Positions 27,196 to 36,885 of a stretch of DNA of 43,224 nucleotides are shown here, piece after piece. The notes under the pieces were generated by a model. That model worked only from the letters and a program-made list of their open reading frames with translations, was not told where the DNA came from and searched no databases. A program made the position numbers and the translations under genes. Source of the stretch: Candidatus Omnitrophota bacterium (GTDB taxonomy: Bacteria; Omnitrophota; Gorgyraeia; 2-02-FULL-51-18); the NCBI GenBank assembly GCA_016206805.1, contig JACQQX010000041.1, positions 1-43,224 of the forward strand. Direction: 5' to 3'. The number at the start of each line of letters is the position of its first letter. Position 1 is the first letter of the stretch.

Positions 27196-27680
27196 TGGAA
27201 AATATCGTTTTCTTTGGCGTAGTGGCGCTCACTCTTTTGGGCGCCTTCTTAGCGGTCTCGCTCCGCAATGTTTTTTACAACGCGTTGGCGCTGGTGCTAT
27301 GCCTTTTTGGCGTAGCTTGTCTTTTCATTTTTCTCAATAGCGAGTTTCTAGCCGTCATGGAAGTCATTGTTTATATCGGCGCCATTTCTATCGCCATCAT
27401 TTTCGCCATCATGCTTTCCACGCCGATGCTTCAAAAAACCGAAGCGCCTCAAGACCGCTTGAAAACATTGCGTTCTTTCGTCATCGCCGCTCTTTTATTC
27501 GGCGGCCTATTCAAGGCTTTACAGAAAACAACCTGGCCCGCGGCCGGCGTCGATGGGGATTACAGCCTTCATGCGATCGGTCGCCTGCTGTTAACAGGCC
27601 AGGTGCTGCCGTTTGAAGCGGTATCGCTGGTGCTTTTAGTCGCCATCATGGGCGCGCTCTTACTGGCGGAGAAAAAATGA
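27192..27680 (+). CDS. nuoJ: Complex I-like subunit J
   Basis: EFLAVMEVIVYIGAI, LPFEAVSLVLLVAIMGA. Confidence 0.92.
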   Translation: MMENIVFFGVVALTLLGAFLAVSLRNVFYNALALVLCLFGVACLFIFLNSEFLAVMEVIVYIGAISIAIIFAIMLSTPMLQKTEAPQDRLKTLRSFVIAALLFGGLFKALQKTTWPAAGVDGDYSLHAIGRLLLTGQVLPFEAVSLVLLVAIMGALLLAEKK

Positions 27681-27994
27681 GCGCGGCCCAGTCTCTTTCC
27701 AGTTATCTTTTGATTTCCGCGGCGCTTTTTTCCATCGGCGTTTTCGGTCTCCTGAGCCGGCGGAATCTAGTGGCCATTCTCATATCGCTTGAGCTCATCC
27801 TGAACTCCGCGAGCCTTAATTTTGTGGCTTTTAATAAATTTTCTCTCGTCGATAAGGCACTAGGGCAGGTCTTTGCGATTTTTATCATTGCGCTTGCGGC
27901 GGCTGAAGTTTGTATCGGGCTCAGCCTGATTCTTTTATTGCATCGTAAAAAAGATTCCATCAATGTGGATGAAGCGCGGGAGCTAAGAGGATGA
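27677..27994 (+). CDS. nuoK: Complex I-like subunit K
   Basis: RRNLVAILISLELILN, LAAAEVCIGL. Confidence 0.94.
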   Translation: MSAAQSLSSYLLISAALFSIGVFGLLSRRNLVAILISLELILNSASLNFVAFNKFSLVDKALGQVFAIFIIALAAAEVCIGLSLILLLHRKKDSINVDEARELRG

Positions 27995-29835
27995 CGGACC
28001 TCCATCTTTTTTGGGTCATACAATTAGCGCCGCTTTTGGCTTTCCTGCTGATCCAGGTTCTGCCGAAGACGATTAACAAAGTCGCGCCGGCCATCGGCAT
28101 GGCCTTTTCCCTGACGGCGGCGCTGGCCAGCCTAAACCTTTCCTTCGCCCATTCTCAGGGCGCCGGACTTCCGGTGGAGTTTTCCCGCCAGTGGCTAGTG
28201 GTGGCCGATTACGCGGTGTGGCCCAATATTCCCGTTCCCCACTACACGCTTTCGGTGGGCTTCCTGCTGGATCCTCTCAACCTTCTCATGATCACATTGG
28301 TGACCACGATCAGTTTTTTTGTCCAACTATTCTCCTTTTACTACATGAATGAGGACCCTTCACGGCCGCGCTATTTTGGTTTCTTAAGTTTCTTTTCCTT
28401 TTCCATGACGGGCCTGGTGCTTTCCAATAACCTGCTTCAGACCTTTCTTTTCTGGGAACTGGTGGGTTTGACCTCTTATCTTCTGATCGGTTTCTGGTTT
28501 GAGAAAAAATCGGCGGCGACCGCGGCCCGGAAAGCCTTTGTCATCAACCGCCTGGCGGATCTGGGTTTTTATCTGGGCATTATTCTTCTTTTCCTGCTTT
28601 TTGGAACGCTGGGCTTCGCTACTTTGAAAGCCGATGCGCTGCGCAATGTCCTGGGTCATGGAACGCTCACTCTCATCGGCCTTTTGATTTTCTGCGGGGT
28701 GATGGGCAAGTCCGCTCAATTCCCATTTCATGTGTGGCTGCCCGACGCGATGGAAGGCCCCACACCGGTAAGCGCGCTGATCCACTCCGCCACTATGGTG
28801 GCTGCCGGCGTTTTTCTTTTGGCGCGCGCCTTCGATCTTTTTAGCGCGTCCCACACCACGCTGCTGGTGATTCTCAGCATTGGAGCGATTACCGCCCTGA
28901 TGAGCGCGACACTAGCCGCCATTCAACGGGATATCAAACGCATCCTCGCTTATTCCACCGTCAGCCAGCTGGGACTCATGGTCATGGCTATCGGCGCCGG
29001 GTCGGCCGAAAGCGGCATGTTTCATCTGTCGACACACGCTTATTTCAAATCTTTGCTTTTTTTAACCTCCGGCGCCTTCATTCACCGCTTCCACACCAAT
29101 GACATTTGGGAAATCGCCGACCGTGGCGGTAAAAAGGACGCTGTCGCGCTGGGATGCTTGGCTTTTGGGCTTTTATCTCTGTCCGGTGTCCCTCCTTTTG
29201 CCGGATTTTTCAGCAAGGATTTGATTCTGGAGGTGTTGAAACACCATGGCGGGATTTTCTTTTATGGCGTGGCGGTGCTGGTGAGTTTCTTGACGGCGTA
29301 TTATTCTTTCCGCCTTTTTTTTGTGATCGCGCTTTCCAAGATCGGGCACGAAGTGCGTGCGCATCATGAGTCATTAACGCTTAAAATCAGCCGCGCGCTT
29401 CCGCTGTTCTCTTTGGCGGCGCTCTCCCTGATCACCGGATTCACCGGACACGCGTTCCATTTGAATATGGAGCTTTTGATCACCACCGTGATTCTTGTCG
29501 TTGCCGGAGGCGCTTTGGCCTACAGCCAGTTCAAGGATCCGGCGGCGGCCGAAGCCGCGCTCCGCGGCAATCAGGGCTTCATTTTCAAAATCCTGGAAAG
29601 AAAATTCTTCATGGATGACGCGTACGATTTCCTGGTCAAAAAAGTGGGTTTGGCGCTGGGCCGATGGTTAAATGCTTTCGACCGCGCGGTGATCAATAGC
29701 CTCATGGTCAACCAAACCTCTTTCAGCGTCATGCGCCTGGGGCGCGTGGTCTCTCGGCTGCAAAACGGCCTGTTGCAGGACTATCTGGCATGGGCGGTCG
29801 GCATCGGCATTCTGATCGTTTTTTGCTTCCTATGA
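27991..29835 (+). CDS. nuoL: Complex I-like subunit L
   Basis: GKSAQFPFHVWLPDAMEGPTPVSALIHSATMV, DIKRILAYSTVSQLG. Confidence 0.96.
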   Translation: MTDLHLFWVIQLAPLLAFLLIQVLPKTINKVAPAIGMAFSLTAALASLNLSFAHSQGAGLPVEFSRQWLVVADYAVWPNIPVPHYTLSVGFLLDPLNLLMITLVTTISFFVQLFSFYYMNEDPSRPRYFGFLSFFSFSMTGLVLSNNLLQTFLFWELVGLTSYLLIGFWFEKKSAATAARKAFVINRLADLGFYLGIILLFLLFGTLGFATLKADALRNVLGHGTLTLIGLLIFCGVMGKSAQFPFHVWLPDAMEGPTPVSALIHSATMVAAGVFLLARAFDLFSASHTTLLVILSIGAITALMSATLAAIQRDIKRILAYSTVSQLGLMVMAIGAGSAESGMFHLSTHAYFKSLLFLTSGAFIHRFHTNDIWEIADRGGKKDAVALGCLAFGLLSLSGVPPFAGFFSKDLILEVLKHHGGIFFYGVAVLVSFLTAYYSFRLFFVIALSKIGHEVRAHHESLTLKISRALPLFSLAALSLITGFTGHAFHLNMELLITTVILVVAGGALAYSQFKDPAAAEAALRGNQGFIFKILERKFFMDDAYDFLVKKVGLALGRWLNAFDRAVINSLMVNQTSFSVMRLGRVVSRLQNGLLQDYLAWAVGIGILIVFCFL

Positions 29836-31298
29836 CACCCCCTTTTCCGATCTTAAGCGCTATTTTACTTTGCCCGGTAGTGGGACTGCTTTTGGTTTTA
29901 TTGACGCCGCGCAAATATGAAACGCTGATCAAGCTCACTGCGCTGGCTTCGGCGCTGGGAACGCTGGTGCTGTCTGTTGTCCTGCTTTTTATTTTTAAGC
30001 CCTCTGTTCCCGGCTTTCAGTTAATAGAGCATATGGAATGGATTAAAAGTTACGGCATTCACTATTCCAACGCCGTCGACGGACTCAATGTGTCGATGAT
30101 TCTCCTCACCGCCATCGTGATATTCTGCGGCATCCTGGTATCCTGGAGCGTGACTTACCGCGTGAAGGACTTTTTTGCCAATATGCTTTTTCTGGTGTCG
30201 GGCGTGTTCGGCGTTTTCATGACGACCAATCTTTTCTTCTTCTTCCTCTTTTATGAAATCGCCGTCATCCCGATGTACCTTTTGATCGTGATCTGGGGTT
30301 CCACCAACAAAGAATATGCCGCTATGAAGCTGACGCTCTATCTGCTTTTGGGCAGCGCGCTGATGTTCGCCGGATTTCTGTACATGTATTCGCTGCCGGA
30401 TGCCCGGACATTTGATTTGATCGCCCTGAAACAAAACGTGCGCTTCACGCCCGAGGTTCAAAATATCCTTTTTCTCGGACTTTTCATCGGCTTTGGTGTT
30501 TTGGCGGCCTGCTTTCCCTTTCACGTGTGGTCGCCGGATGGTCACGTCGCGGCTCCCACGGCCGCCAGCATGCTGCACGCCGGGGTGCTGATGAAATTGG
30601 GCGCTTTTGGTATTTTGCGGGTCGGTGTTTATCTCTTGCCGGAAGGCGCGCGGCATTGGGCGGATTGGGTCGCGGTCCTGGCGCTCTGCAATATCGTTTA
30701 TGGCGCGATGGTGGCCACCCAGCAAAAGGATTTAAAATACATCGTCGGCTATTCCAGCGTCAGCCACATGGGTATCGTGCTTCTGGGCATTGCCACCATG
30801 ACCACCGTCGGCTTCAACGGCGCTATTTTCCAGATGTTCGCCCACGGCATCATGACAGCCCTTTTCTTCGCTTGCGTCGGTTTTATTTATGACGGTTGTC
30901 ACACGCGGATGCTGGATGAACTGGGCGGGCTCTCCAAACAAGCGCCGGTGATTTCCGCTTTTTTCATCATCGCGGGACTCTGCGGACTGGGTCTGCCGGG
31001 CATGGGCAGCTTCGTGGCTGAACTTCTGGTCACCATTGCGGCTATCGGAACCTACCCTGCCATCGGCATCATTTCCATTGTGGCGCTTTTGATCACGGCT
31101 TTTTATGTGCTGACGGCCATTCAGAAAGCTTTCTATGGGCCGGCCAATCCGCATCATGCCGATTTTAAAGATTTGGATTGGTTTCAATTCATTCCCAGGG
31201 CTTTTCTAGTCGCTTGCCTCATTTTCTTCGGGATATTTCCGGATATTTTTATCAACTGGGTCTCCTTGTCCACTAAAACCCTTTTAGGAATCGGCTGA
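29832..31298 (+). CDS. nuoM: Complex I-like subunit M
   Basis: FPFHVWSPDGHVAAPT, DLKYIVGYSSVSHMG; ATGA overlap with nuoL. Confidence 0.95.
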   Translation: MTPPFPILSAILLCPVVGLLLVLLTPRKYETLIKLTALASALGTLVLSVVLLFIFKPSVPGFQLIEHMEWIKSYGIHYSNAVDGLNVSMILLTAIVIFCGILVSWSVTYRVKDFFANMLFLVSGVFGVFMTTNLFFFFLFYEIAVIPMYLLIVIWGSTNKEYAAMKLTLYLLLGSALMFAGFLYMYSLPDARTFDLIALKQNVRFTPEVQNILFLGLFIGFGVLAACFPFHVWSPDGHVAAPTAASMLHAGVLMKLGAFGILRVGVYLLPEGARHWADWVAVLALCNIVYGAMVATQQKDLKYIVGYSSVSHMGIVLLGIATMTTVGFNGAIFQMFAHGIMTALFFACVGFIYDGCHTRMLDELGGLSKQAPVISAFFIIAGLCGLGLPGMGSFVAELLVTIAAIGTYPAIGIISIVALLITAFYVLTAIQKAFYGPANPHHADFKDLDWFQFIPRAFLVACLIFFGIFPDIFINWVSLSTKTLLGIG

Positions 31299-32719
31299 TG
31301 GACCTGTCTCTTTTCGTTCCCGAACTCATTCTTTTGGGCGCCATCGCGTACCTGTTATGCCTGACCCTTTCCAGCCGTCAAATCGCGGGTTCGGCATTGA
31401 ATATTTTCCTGCCGGGCCTTGGGATGATTTTAATGGTTTCCACTTTCTTCACGTTAGGCCACTCCGGAGTGCTTTTCTCAGACACTTACCGGATCGATAT
31501 GATTTCGCAGGGTTTTAAACTGGTGCTCGCGCTTTCATTTTTGCTGGTGGCCGTCCTTTCCTGCCATCGCATCTCGATTCCGCGGGACCGAGAGGTGGAG
31601 TATGGTATTTTTCTGTCCACCTCCCTTTTGGGAATGATGATGATGACTAGCGCTGTCGATATCCTGACGTTGTATGTTTCTATGGAGCTTTCCTCCTACT
31701 CCCTCTATCTTTTGTCAGCCCTTAGGCGGGATCAGCGCGCTCCGGAAGCGGGCGTCAAATACCTGCTGTTTGGCGCGGCCGCCAGCGGAGTTTTCTTATG
31801 GGGCATGAGTCTCTTGGTGGGTTTGTCAGGGACAACGTCCCTAGCCGGCATTGCGGCCCAAGCTCCGGCGCTCGTGGCACAGCCGGCGTTTTCGCTGGGA
31901 CTGGCATTCGCTCTTTTCGCGTTTTTATTCAAACTTTCCGCTTTCCCGCTTCACTTTTGGGCGCCGGATGTTTATGAAAGCGCCGCGACCCCGGTCACTT
32001 CTTTTATCGCCACCGCCTCCAAAGCGGCGGCCGTGGCTATTTTTATCCGTATCTTTATGGCGACAGGACTTTCCGCTGGGTTGATTTGGGTTTTGGGGAT
32101 ACTGGCCTTTCTTTCGATGACACTGGGCAATGCCGTGGCGTTAGTCCAGCAGGATGTGAAACGGCTTTTGGCTTACTCCAGCATCGCGCAAGCGGGTTAT
32201 CTTCTGCTGGGCCTGCTTTCGGGAACGCTTGAAGGATATTCCTCGAGCTTTTTTTACGCTTTCGCGTATGTGTTGATGAATACGGCGGCATTCTTAGTGG
32301 TGATTGTTGTGGCGGAGTCTTCGCGGCATGACAATCCTCAGATTTCTCACTTTAACGGCCTTGCCGAACGCTCCCCTTTTCTGGCGCTGCTGCTGCTTTT
32401 GGGACTCTTATCGTTGGCCGGCATCCCGCCGCTGGCCGGATTCACGGGTAAGTGGATTCTTTTTTCGGCGGCGATGGATCAGGGGCATTGGTTCCTGGTA
32501 TTGTGGGCGGTGTTGAATAGCGTTGTCTCCCTTTTTTATTATTTGACGCTGGTCAAACATGTCTATTTGAAAAAACCGGAAACGGCTCAACCCATTCTTC
32601 TTTCCACCGGCACAAAAATAGCAGCCTTCTTACTGTTAGTCAGCCTGGTTCTGTTAGGCGTATTTCCTAATGCTTTCATCACTTTCACTCAACAAGCCAT
32701 TCTCTCGGGGGCGTTTTAA
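31298..32719 (+). CDS. nuoN: Complex I-like subunit N
   Basis: EAGVKYLLFG, FKLSAFPLHFWAPDVYE, KRLLAYSSIAQAGY, SLAGIPPLAGF. Confidence 0.95.
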   Translation: MDLSLFVPELILLGAIAYLLCLTLSSRQIAGSALNIFLPGLGMILMVSTFFTLGHSGVLFSDTYRIDMISQGFKLVLALSFLLVAVLSCHRISIPRDREVEYGIFLSTSLLGMMMMTSAVDILTLYVSMELSSYSLYLLSALRRDQRAPEAGVKYLLFGAAASGVFLWGMSLLVGLSGTTSLAGIAAQAPALVAQPAFSLGLAFALFAFLFKLSAFPLHFWAPDVYESAATPVTSFIATASKAAAVAIFIRIFMATGLSAGLIWVLGILAFLSMTLGNAVALVQQDVKRLLAYSSIAQAGYLLLGLLSGTLEGYSSSFFYAFAYVLMNTAAFLVVIVVAESSRHDNPQISHFNGLAERSPFLALLLLLGLLSLAGIPPLAGFTGKWILFSAAMDQGHWFLVLWAVLNSVVSLFYYLTLVKHVYLKKPETAQPILLSTGTKIAAFLLLVSLVLLGVFPNAFITFTQQAILSGAF

Positions 32720-33987
32720 TGTTCGCGGATCTTGTCTGGGCCACTCCTTTTGCCGTGCTGTTGGGTTCAATTGCCGTCCTTCCGCTTACCCATAAACATT
32801 TTTGGGAGAAGAATTATCATTTCATCGCTCTGGGCCTGGCGGTGATCGTCGCGCTCCATTATCTTCTGGGTCTCAAAAACGCCTCGCCCCTTCTCCATAC
32901 GGCACACGAATACTTCAGTTTTATCGCCCTCATCGGGTCGCTGTACATTGTGGCCGGCGGAATTCATATCAACGTCAAGGGTGAGGCCACGCCACTAGTG
33001 AACTGTGTATTTCTTTTAATCGGCGCGGTCCTGGCCAATTTCCTAGGCACCACCGGCGCCTCCATGGTGCTCATTCGCCCCTGGATTCGCATGAATAAAT
33101 ACCGCCTGACGGCATTTCATATCGTTTTTTTCATTTTCATCGTCAGCAATATCGGAGGAGGACTCACCCCTATCGGCGATCCTCCGCTTTTCTTAGGCTA
33201 TTTAAGAGGCGTGCCGTTTTTTTGGGTCCTGGAAAAGGTGTGGATGATATGGCTTTTAGGTTTGGGGCTGGTGTTGTTCATTTTTTATTGCCTGGACATC
33301 CGCAATTTTAAAAAAGCGCCGGCTCAAATCCGGCAAAAGGAAACCGGCGGCGGAGAACAGTGGCGCTTTGGCGGCAGTCACAATGTGTTTTTTCTTTTGA
33401 TGATTCTGGGATCGGTTTTTATCAATAATCCCCCCTTCCTGAGGGAGCTCATCATGATTGCCGCGGCTATCTTGTCTTACAAAACCACGCCGCGACCGGT
33501 TCATGAGGCCAATGATTTTAGTTTCGCTCCGATCCGCGAAGTGGCCATTCTCTTCGCGGGGATTTTTGTGACTATGCTGCCGGCGCTGGAGTGGCTTGAA
33601 CATAACGCCGGCGCCATCGGCATCCAGACGCCGGGACAGTTTTATTGGGGGTGCGGGATCCTGTCCAGCGTGCTGGACAATGCGCCAACCTATCTCAACT
33701 TTTTAAGCGCGGCCCTGGGACTTTTTGGATCAGGTGACGGCTCCCATTCGGTTTCCGCGCTGCTGGCCAATCACCCTATTTACGTCCGCGCCATCAGCGT
33801 AGCGGCGGTCTTTTTCGGCGCCATGACCTACATCGGGAACGGCCCCAATTTCCTAGTCAAGTCCATCGCCGACCACTCCAAAGTAAAAACCCCCAGCTTC
33901 TTCGGCTACGTCCTCTGCTACAGCCTCCCAGTTCTCCTGCCCGTCTTCACCCTAATCTGGTTCCTGTTCTTCCGAGTTCCAAACTAA
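32719..33987 (+). CDS. Putative sodium:proton antiporter (IT superfamily)
   Basis: Multi-TM; GTTGASM, NIGGGLTPIGDPPLFLG, SSVLDNAPTYL, TYIGNGPNF; stop/start overlap with nuoN. Confidence 0.82.
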   Translation: MFADLVWATPFAVLLGSIAVLPLTHKHFWEKNYHFIALGLAVIVALHYLLGLKNASPLLHTAHEYFSFIALIGSLYIVAGGIHINVKGEATPLVNCVFLLIGAVLANFLGTTGASMVLIRPWIRMNKYRLTAFHIVFFIFIVSNIGGGLTPIGDPPLFLGYLRGVPFFWVLEKVWMIWLLGLGLVLFIFYCLDIRNFKKAPAQIRQKETGGGEQWRFGGSHNVFFLLMILGSVFINNPPFLRELIMIAAAILSYKTTPRPVHEANDFSFAPIREVAILFAGIFVTMLPALEWLEHNAGAIGIQTPGQFYWGCGILSSVLDNAPTYLNFLSAALGLFGSGDGSHSVSALLANHPIYVRAISVAAVFFGAMTYIGNGPNFLVKSIADHSKVKTPSFFGYVLCYSLPVLLPVFTLIWFLFFRVPN

Positions 33988-34080
33988 GCTAGTTTTCACA
34001 CTTACTTGTGAATTCAATCGCTAGTTTGCTCCGGCAGGGCATCCTGTCCGGCGGACGCACTTTGGGAACGGTTGCGTCTG

Positions 34081-34174
34081 GCGGTAACGAAGCCCGCATC
34101 GGTATTCGGTGACGGTGACGCCAAGGTCTGGACCGCAACACGTTACCGATAGACGATACGGGCTTCGTTACCGC
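34081..34174. repeat. Long GC-rich hairpin
   Basis: gcggtaacgaagcccgcatcg / cgatacgggcttcgttaccgc (21 bp, 1 mismatch) plus an inner stem. Confidence 0.8.
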
Positions 34175-34184
34175 AACCGAAGTT

Positions 34185-34221
34185 GGGGACGGTTCCTTTT
34201 TGGCCTAAAAGTGCCAGGTGT
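34185..34221 (+). repeat. Single arm of the GGGGACGGTTCC palindrome family
   Basis: 36/37 identical to 36775-36811. Confidence 0.85.
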
Positions 34222-34268
34222 TGATTGCAATTGGCTTATCGATGAATTCACACTTATCAATGTGCGGT

Positions 34269-34337
34269 GCTCCGGGTGGGTGTCCACTTTATCGGGGTAA
34301 GTCCAACGCGTCCCCCAGGGGGACACCCACCCGGAGC
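34269..34337. repeat. Hairpin with a 17-bp perfect stem between convergent genes (possible terminator/REP)
   Basis: gctccgggtgggtgtcc / ggacacccacccggagc. Confidence 0.75.
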
Positions 34338-34370
34338 TCACATGCGATGGAATTCAGAGACTTAAGGCGG

Positions 34371-35276
34371 TTAAAGCTTCGAGTCGTTGCGGGAGATGGT
34401 GGTTACGGTGTTGGCCTTCATAGACGGGATGAGGAGTTCGTTTTTTTTGCGGTCGTAGGCAATGTCGGTTGGGGTGGTGAGGCCTTTGAGGAATGTGGTT
34501 AGCGGGCCACGGCCCATGCGTTCGATTTTGTAAATTTCTCCCATCTCGAAACTGGATACATACAAATTGCCCTCACGGTCATAATCCATCCCATCCAGCC
34601 CCTTCAACCCTTTTTTCAAGATATGAATGCCGCCGAACGAGTCGATTTCCAAAATCATTCCCGGATCAAAAGTGGCCACCATGAGATTTTTGGAACGGGG
34701 ATTCACCAAAAGTCCGTTGGGCCGACTCAAAAGCGGTCCACCTTTATAGACCGTCACTTCATACGCTTTTTTAGGCTTAATTTTAAAAATACGATTGGCA
34801 AACATGTCCGTCACGTAAAGATCGCCTTCGGCATCCAGCGCCAGATCGTTTAAGAATTTCACATGATGCTTGGAAAGATCGACAATAGCCGTCAGCTTCT
34901 GGCTTTTTTTATTGAAGACTTTGATGGTATCGATATCGGCGACAAACAACTCGTTTCCCGATAGCGCCAATCCTTTAGGCGAATGGAGAATCGCGTCCCC
35001 TTTTTTACCGCCAATGAACTTCTGGATCACGATGTTGCCGCTGGAGCTGATTTTGGAAATATACCCATTGCTGTCTTTTTCGGTGGGGCTGCCGGCCAGA
35101 TTGGAAACGTAATACGAACCATCTTCGGGATCCACCACCATGCTTTCCGGCGAGTCAAATTTGGAGAGGGTAAATGCCAAAACCATGCAGGGAACGGCCA
35201 TCCACCCCATTGTCATTCCGATCGAAGCGAGGAATCTTGCGGAGCCAGGTCTCATAACCAAAGGCCTCATAGCCAA
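34371..35276 (-). CDS. SMP-30/gluconolactonase-like beta-propeller protein, probably exported
   Basis: PES, SPKGLAL, FLNDLALD, PNGL, LDGM..D blades; N-terminus contains a TGTCAT half repeat (35211-35237). Confidence 0.75.
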   Translation of the reverse strand: MAMRPLVMRPGSARFLASIGMTMGWMAVPCMVLAFTLSKFDSPESMVVDPEDGSYYVSNLAGSPTEKDSNGYISKISSSGNIVIQKFIGGKKGDAILHSPKGLALSGNELFVADIDTIKVFNKKSQKLTAIVDLSKHHVKFLNDLALDAEGDLYVTDMFANRIFKIKPKKAYEVTVYKGGPLLSRPNGLLVNPRSKNLMVATFDPGMILEIDSFGGIHILKKGLKGLDGMDYDREGNLYVSSFEMGEIYKIERMGRGPLTTFLKGLTTPTDIAYDRKKNELLIPSMKANTVTTISRNDSKL

Positions 35277-35277
35277 A

Positions 35278-36474
35278 TTATAACAAAGAAGTGACAGAAA
35301 ATAAAAACCCCTTGAGATAATAAGTTTCCGGAATGAACGGATTGATGGGATGGTCCGCCGATTGCTTAAAAAATCGGATTATTTTAAGGGTTTTTCGGGC
35401 ATCATGCGCCGCGGAAAGCGAAGACTTTAAAAGCAGCGTGTCGTCAATATGATAGGAGCAGGAAAAAACAGCCAGAAGTCCGTCGGGTTTTAGGATTTTC
35501 ATTGAGCGGAGGAGAATTTCTTTATAGCCCGACAAAGCGCCTTCAATCGCGTCCTTTTTCTTCACAAAAGAAGGAGGGTCGAGAATCACAAGGTCAAATT
35601 TTCGACCTCCTTTTTCCATGGCCTTGAGCTCATCAAAAACATTGGCCGCTTTAAAAACCAATTGGTCTGCCGCCAGCCCATTGAGCTCCCTATTCTTTTC
35701 AGCTTTGCGCAGCGCCTCTTCCTGGATATCCACCCCCAGCACTTTCGCGCCGGACGAAGCCAGGTGCAACCCAAATCCCCCTTCATAACAAAATGCGTCA
35801 AGAACATCGCCTTTGATTCCCAAGCTCGCCAGATAAAATCGGTTTTCCCTTTGATCGAGATAAAGACCTGTCTTATGCCCACCCATGTCCACGCCATAAC
35901 GGATCTTCCCTTCCCGGACAGTGATCGGGCCTTCGGCCGGTTCCCCCACCCATCCGGTTCGAAATTCCAGCCCCTCGATCTTCCGTGAGAACGCGTCACT
36001 TTTCTCATAAATGGCATAGCCGGGCATGAGTTGACGCAAAGCCCCAAACACCCCTTCCCTCAAAACTTCCATTCCCGCCGTTAAAATCTGGACACAAAAA
36101 ATCTTGCCGTATACATCAATGATAAGCCCCGGCAATCCGTCCGCCTCGCTCGACACCAAGCGATAGGCATCCGTGTCGGCAACCCAACACCTCCGGTAAG
36201 CAAGCGCTTCTTGCAACTTGGTTTCCAGAAAATCCCGGCCAATAGCAATGTCCTGGCGGGAAAGAATACGGGTGGTTATTTCCGAACGGCTATTGAAGTA
36301 ACCGGTGCCAAGGTATCGTCCCGAAGCGGTGAGAATCCGGACAAGCTCCCCCGGCTGGGGGTTCCCGGAAACCTGGGCGATTTGGCTGCGGTAAATCCAG
36401 GGGTGCCAGAGATAAGCCTGGTCCCTCCCGGCCCGCTTGAGGGTAACAACTTTGGCGGGATTATTTGCTGTCAA
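35278..36474 (-). CDS. rlmI: RlmI/RlmK-family SAM-dependent rRNA methyltransferase
   Basis: HPWIY (PUA), SEADGLPGLIID, GHKTGLYLDQRENR, FDLVILDPPSF, FSCS, DHP..PETYYLK. Confidence 0.85.
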   Translation of the reverse strand: MTANNPAKVVTLKRAGRDQAYLWHPWIYRSQIAQVSGNPQPGELVRILTASGRYLGTGYFNSRSEITTRILSRQDIAIGRDFLETKLQEALAYRRCWVADTDAYRLVSSEADGLPGLIIDVYGKIFCVQILTAGMEVLREGVFGALRQLMPGYAIYEKSDAFSRKIEGLEFRTGWVGEPAEGPITVREGKIRYGVDMGGHKTGLYLDQRENRFYLASLGIKGDVLDAFCYEGGFGLHLASSGAKVLGVDIQEEALRKAEKNRELNGLAADQLVFKAANVFDELKAMEKGGRKFDLVILDPPSFVKKKDAIEGALSGYKEILLRSMKILKPDGLLAVFSCSYHIDDTLLLKSSLSAAHDARKTLKIIRFFKQSADHPINPFIPETYYLKGFLFSVTSLL

Positions 36475-36670
36475 TTTTATTGACGAGGTGGGCGTCCAGG
36501 AGGTCTTTTTTGCTGCGCCATCTGCCGCCGATTTTAAAACCGGGGAGAACCCCCTTTTTGAGCCACCGATAAACCGTCATCTCATGAACGCCGAGGTATT
36601 TGGCAATCTCCTTGGTCGTCATGATCTGTGTGCGCTCTGGTCTTTTAACCTCGGCTCCATTGGTTTGCAT
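36461..36670 (-). CDS. Excisionase-like HTH_17 DNA-binding protein
   Basis: MTTKEIAKYLGVHEMTVYRW...LPGFKIGGRWR; SD AAGGAG. Confidence 0.88.
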   Translation of the reverse strand: MQTNGAEVKRPERTQIMTTKEIAKYLGVHEMTVYRWLKKGVLPGFKIGGRWRSKKDLLDAHLVNKIDSK

Positions 36671-36706
36671 CGTCTTCTCCTTATTAAATTAATACAATCT
36701 ACAATA

Positions 36707-36734
36707 AGTATACATAATAATTACTATTTGTCAA
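36707..36734 (-). promoter_or_regulatory. Sigma70 promoter for the HTH-rlmI-propeller operon
   Basis: TTGACA-16 nt-TATACT in an AT-rich tract. Confidence 0.55.
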
Positions 36735-36774
36735 CTTATCTAATCAAAATTAATCAATAGCACACATCTGGAAA

Positions 36775-36866
36775 GGGGACGGTTCCTTTTTGGCCCAAAA
36801 GTGCCAGGTGTCAAGGGAGGCTTAACAGAACACCTGGCACTTTTGGGCCAAAAAGGAACCGTCCCC
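36775..36866. repeat. Perfect 37-bp-arm palindrome downstream of the permease gene
   Basis: ggggacggttcctttttggcccaaaagtgccaggtgt and its exact reverse complement at 36830-36866. Confidence 0.92.
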
Positions 36867-36885
36867 ATGTAATACGTATTAAAAG

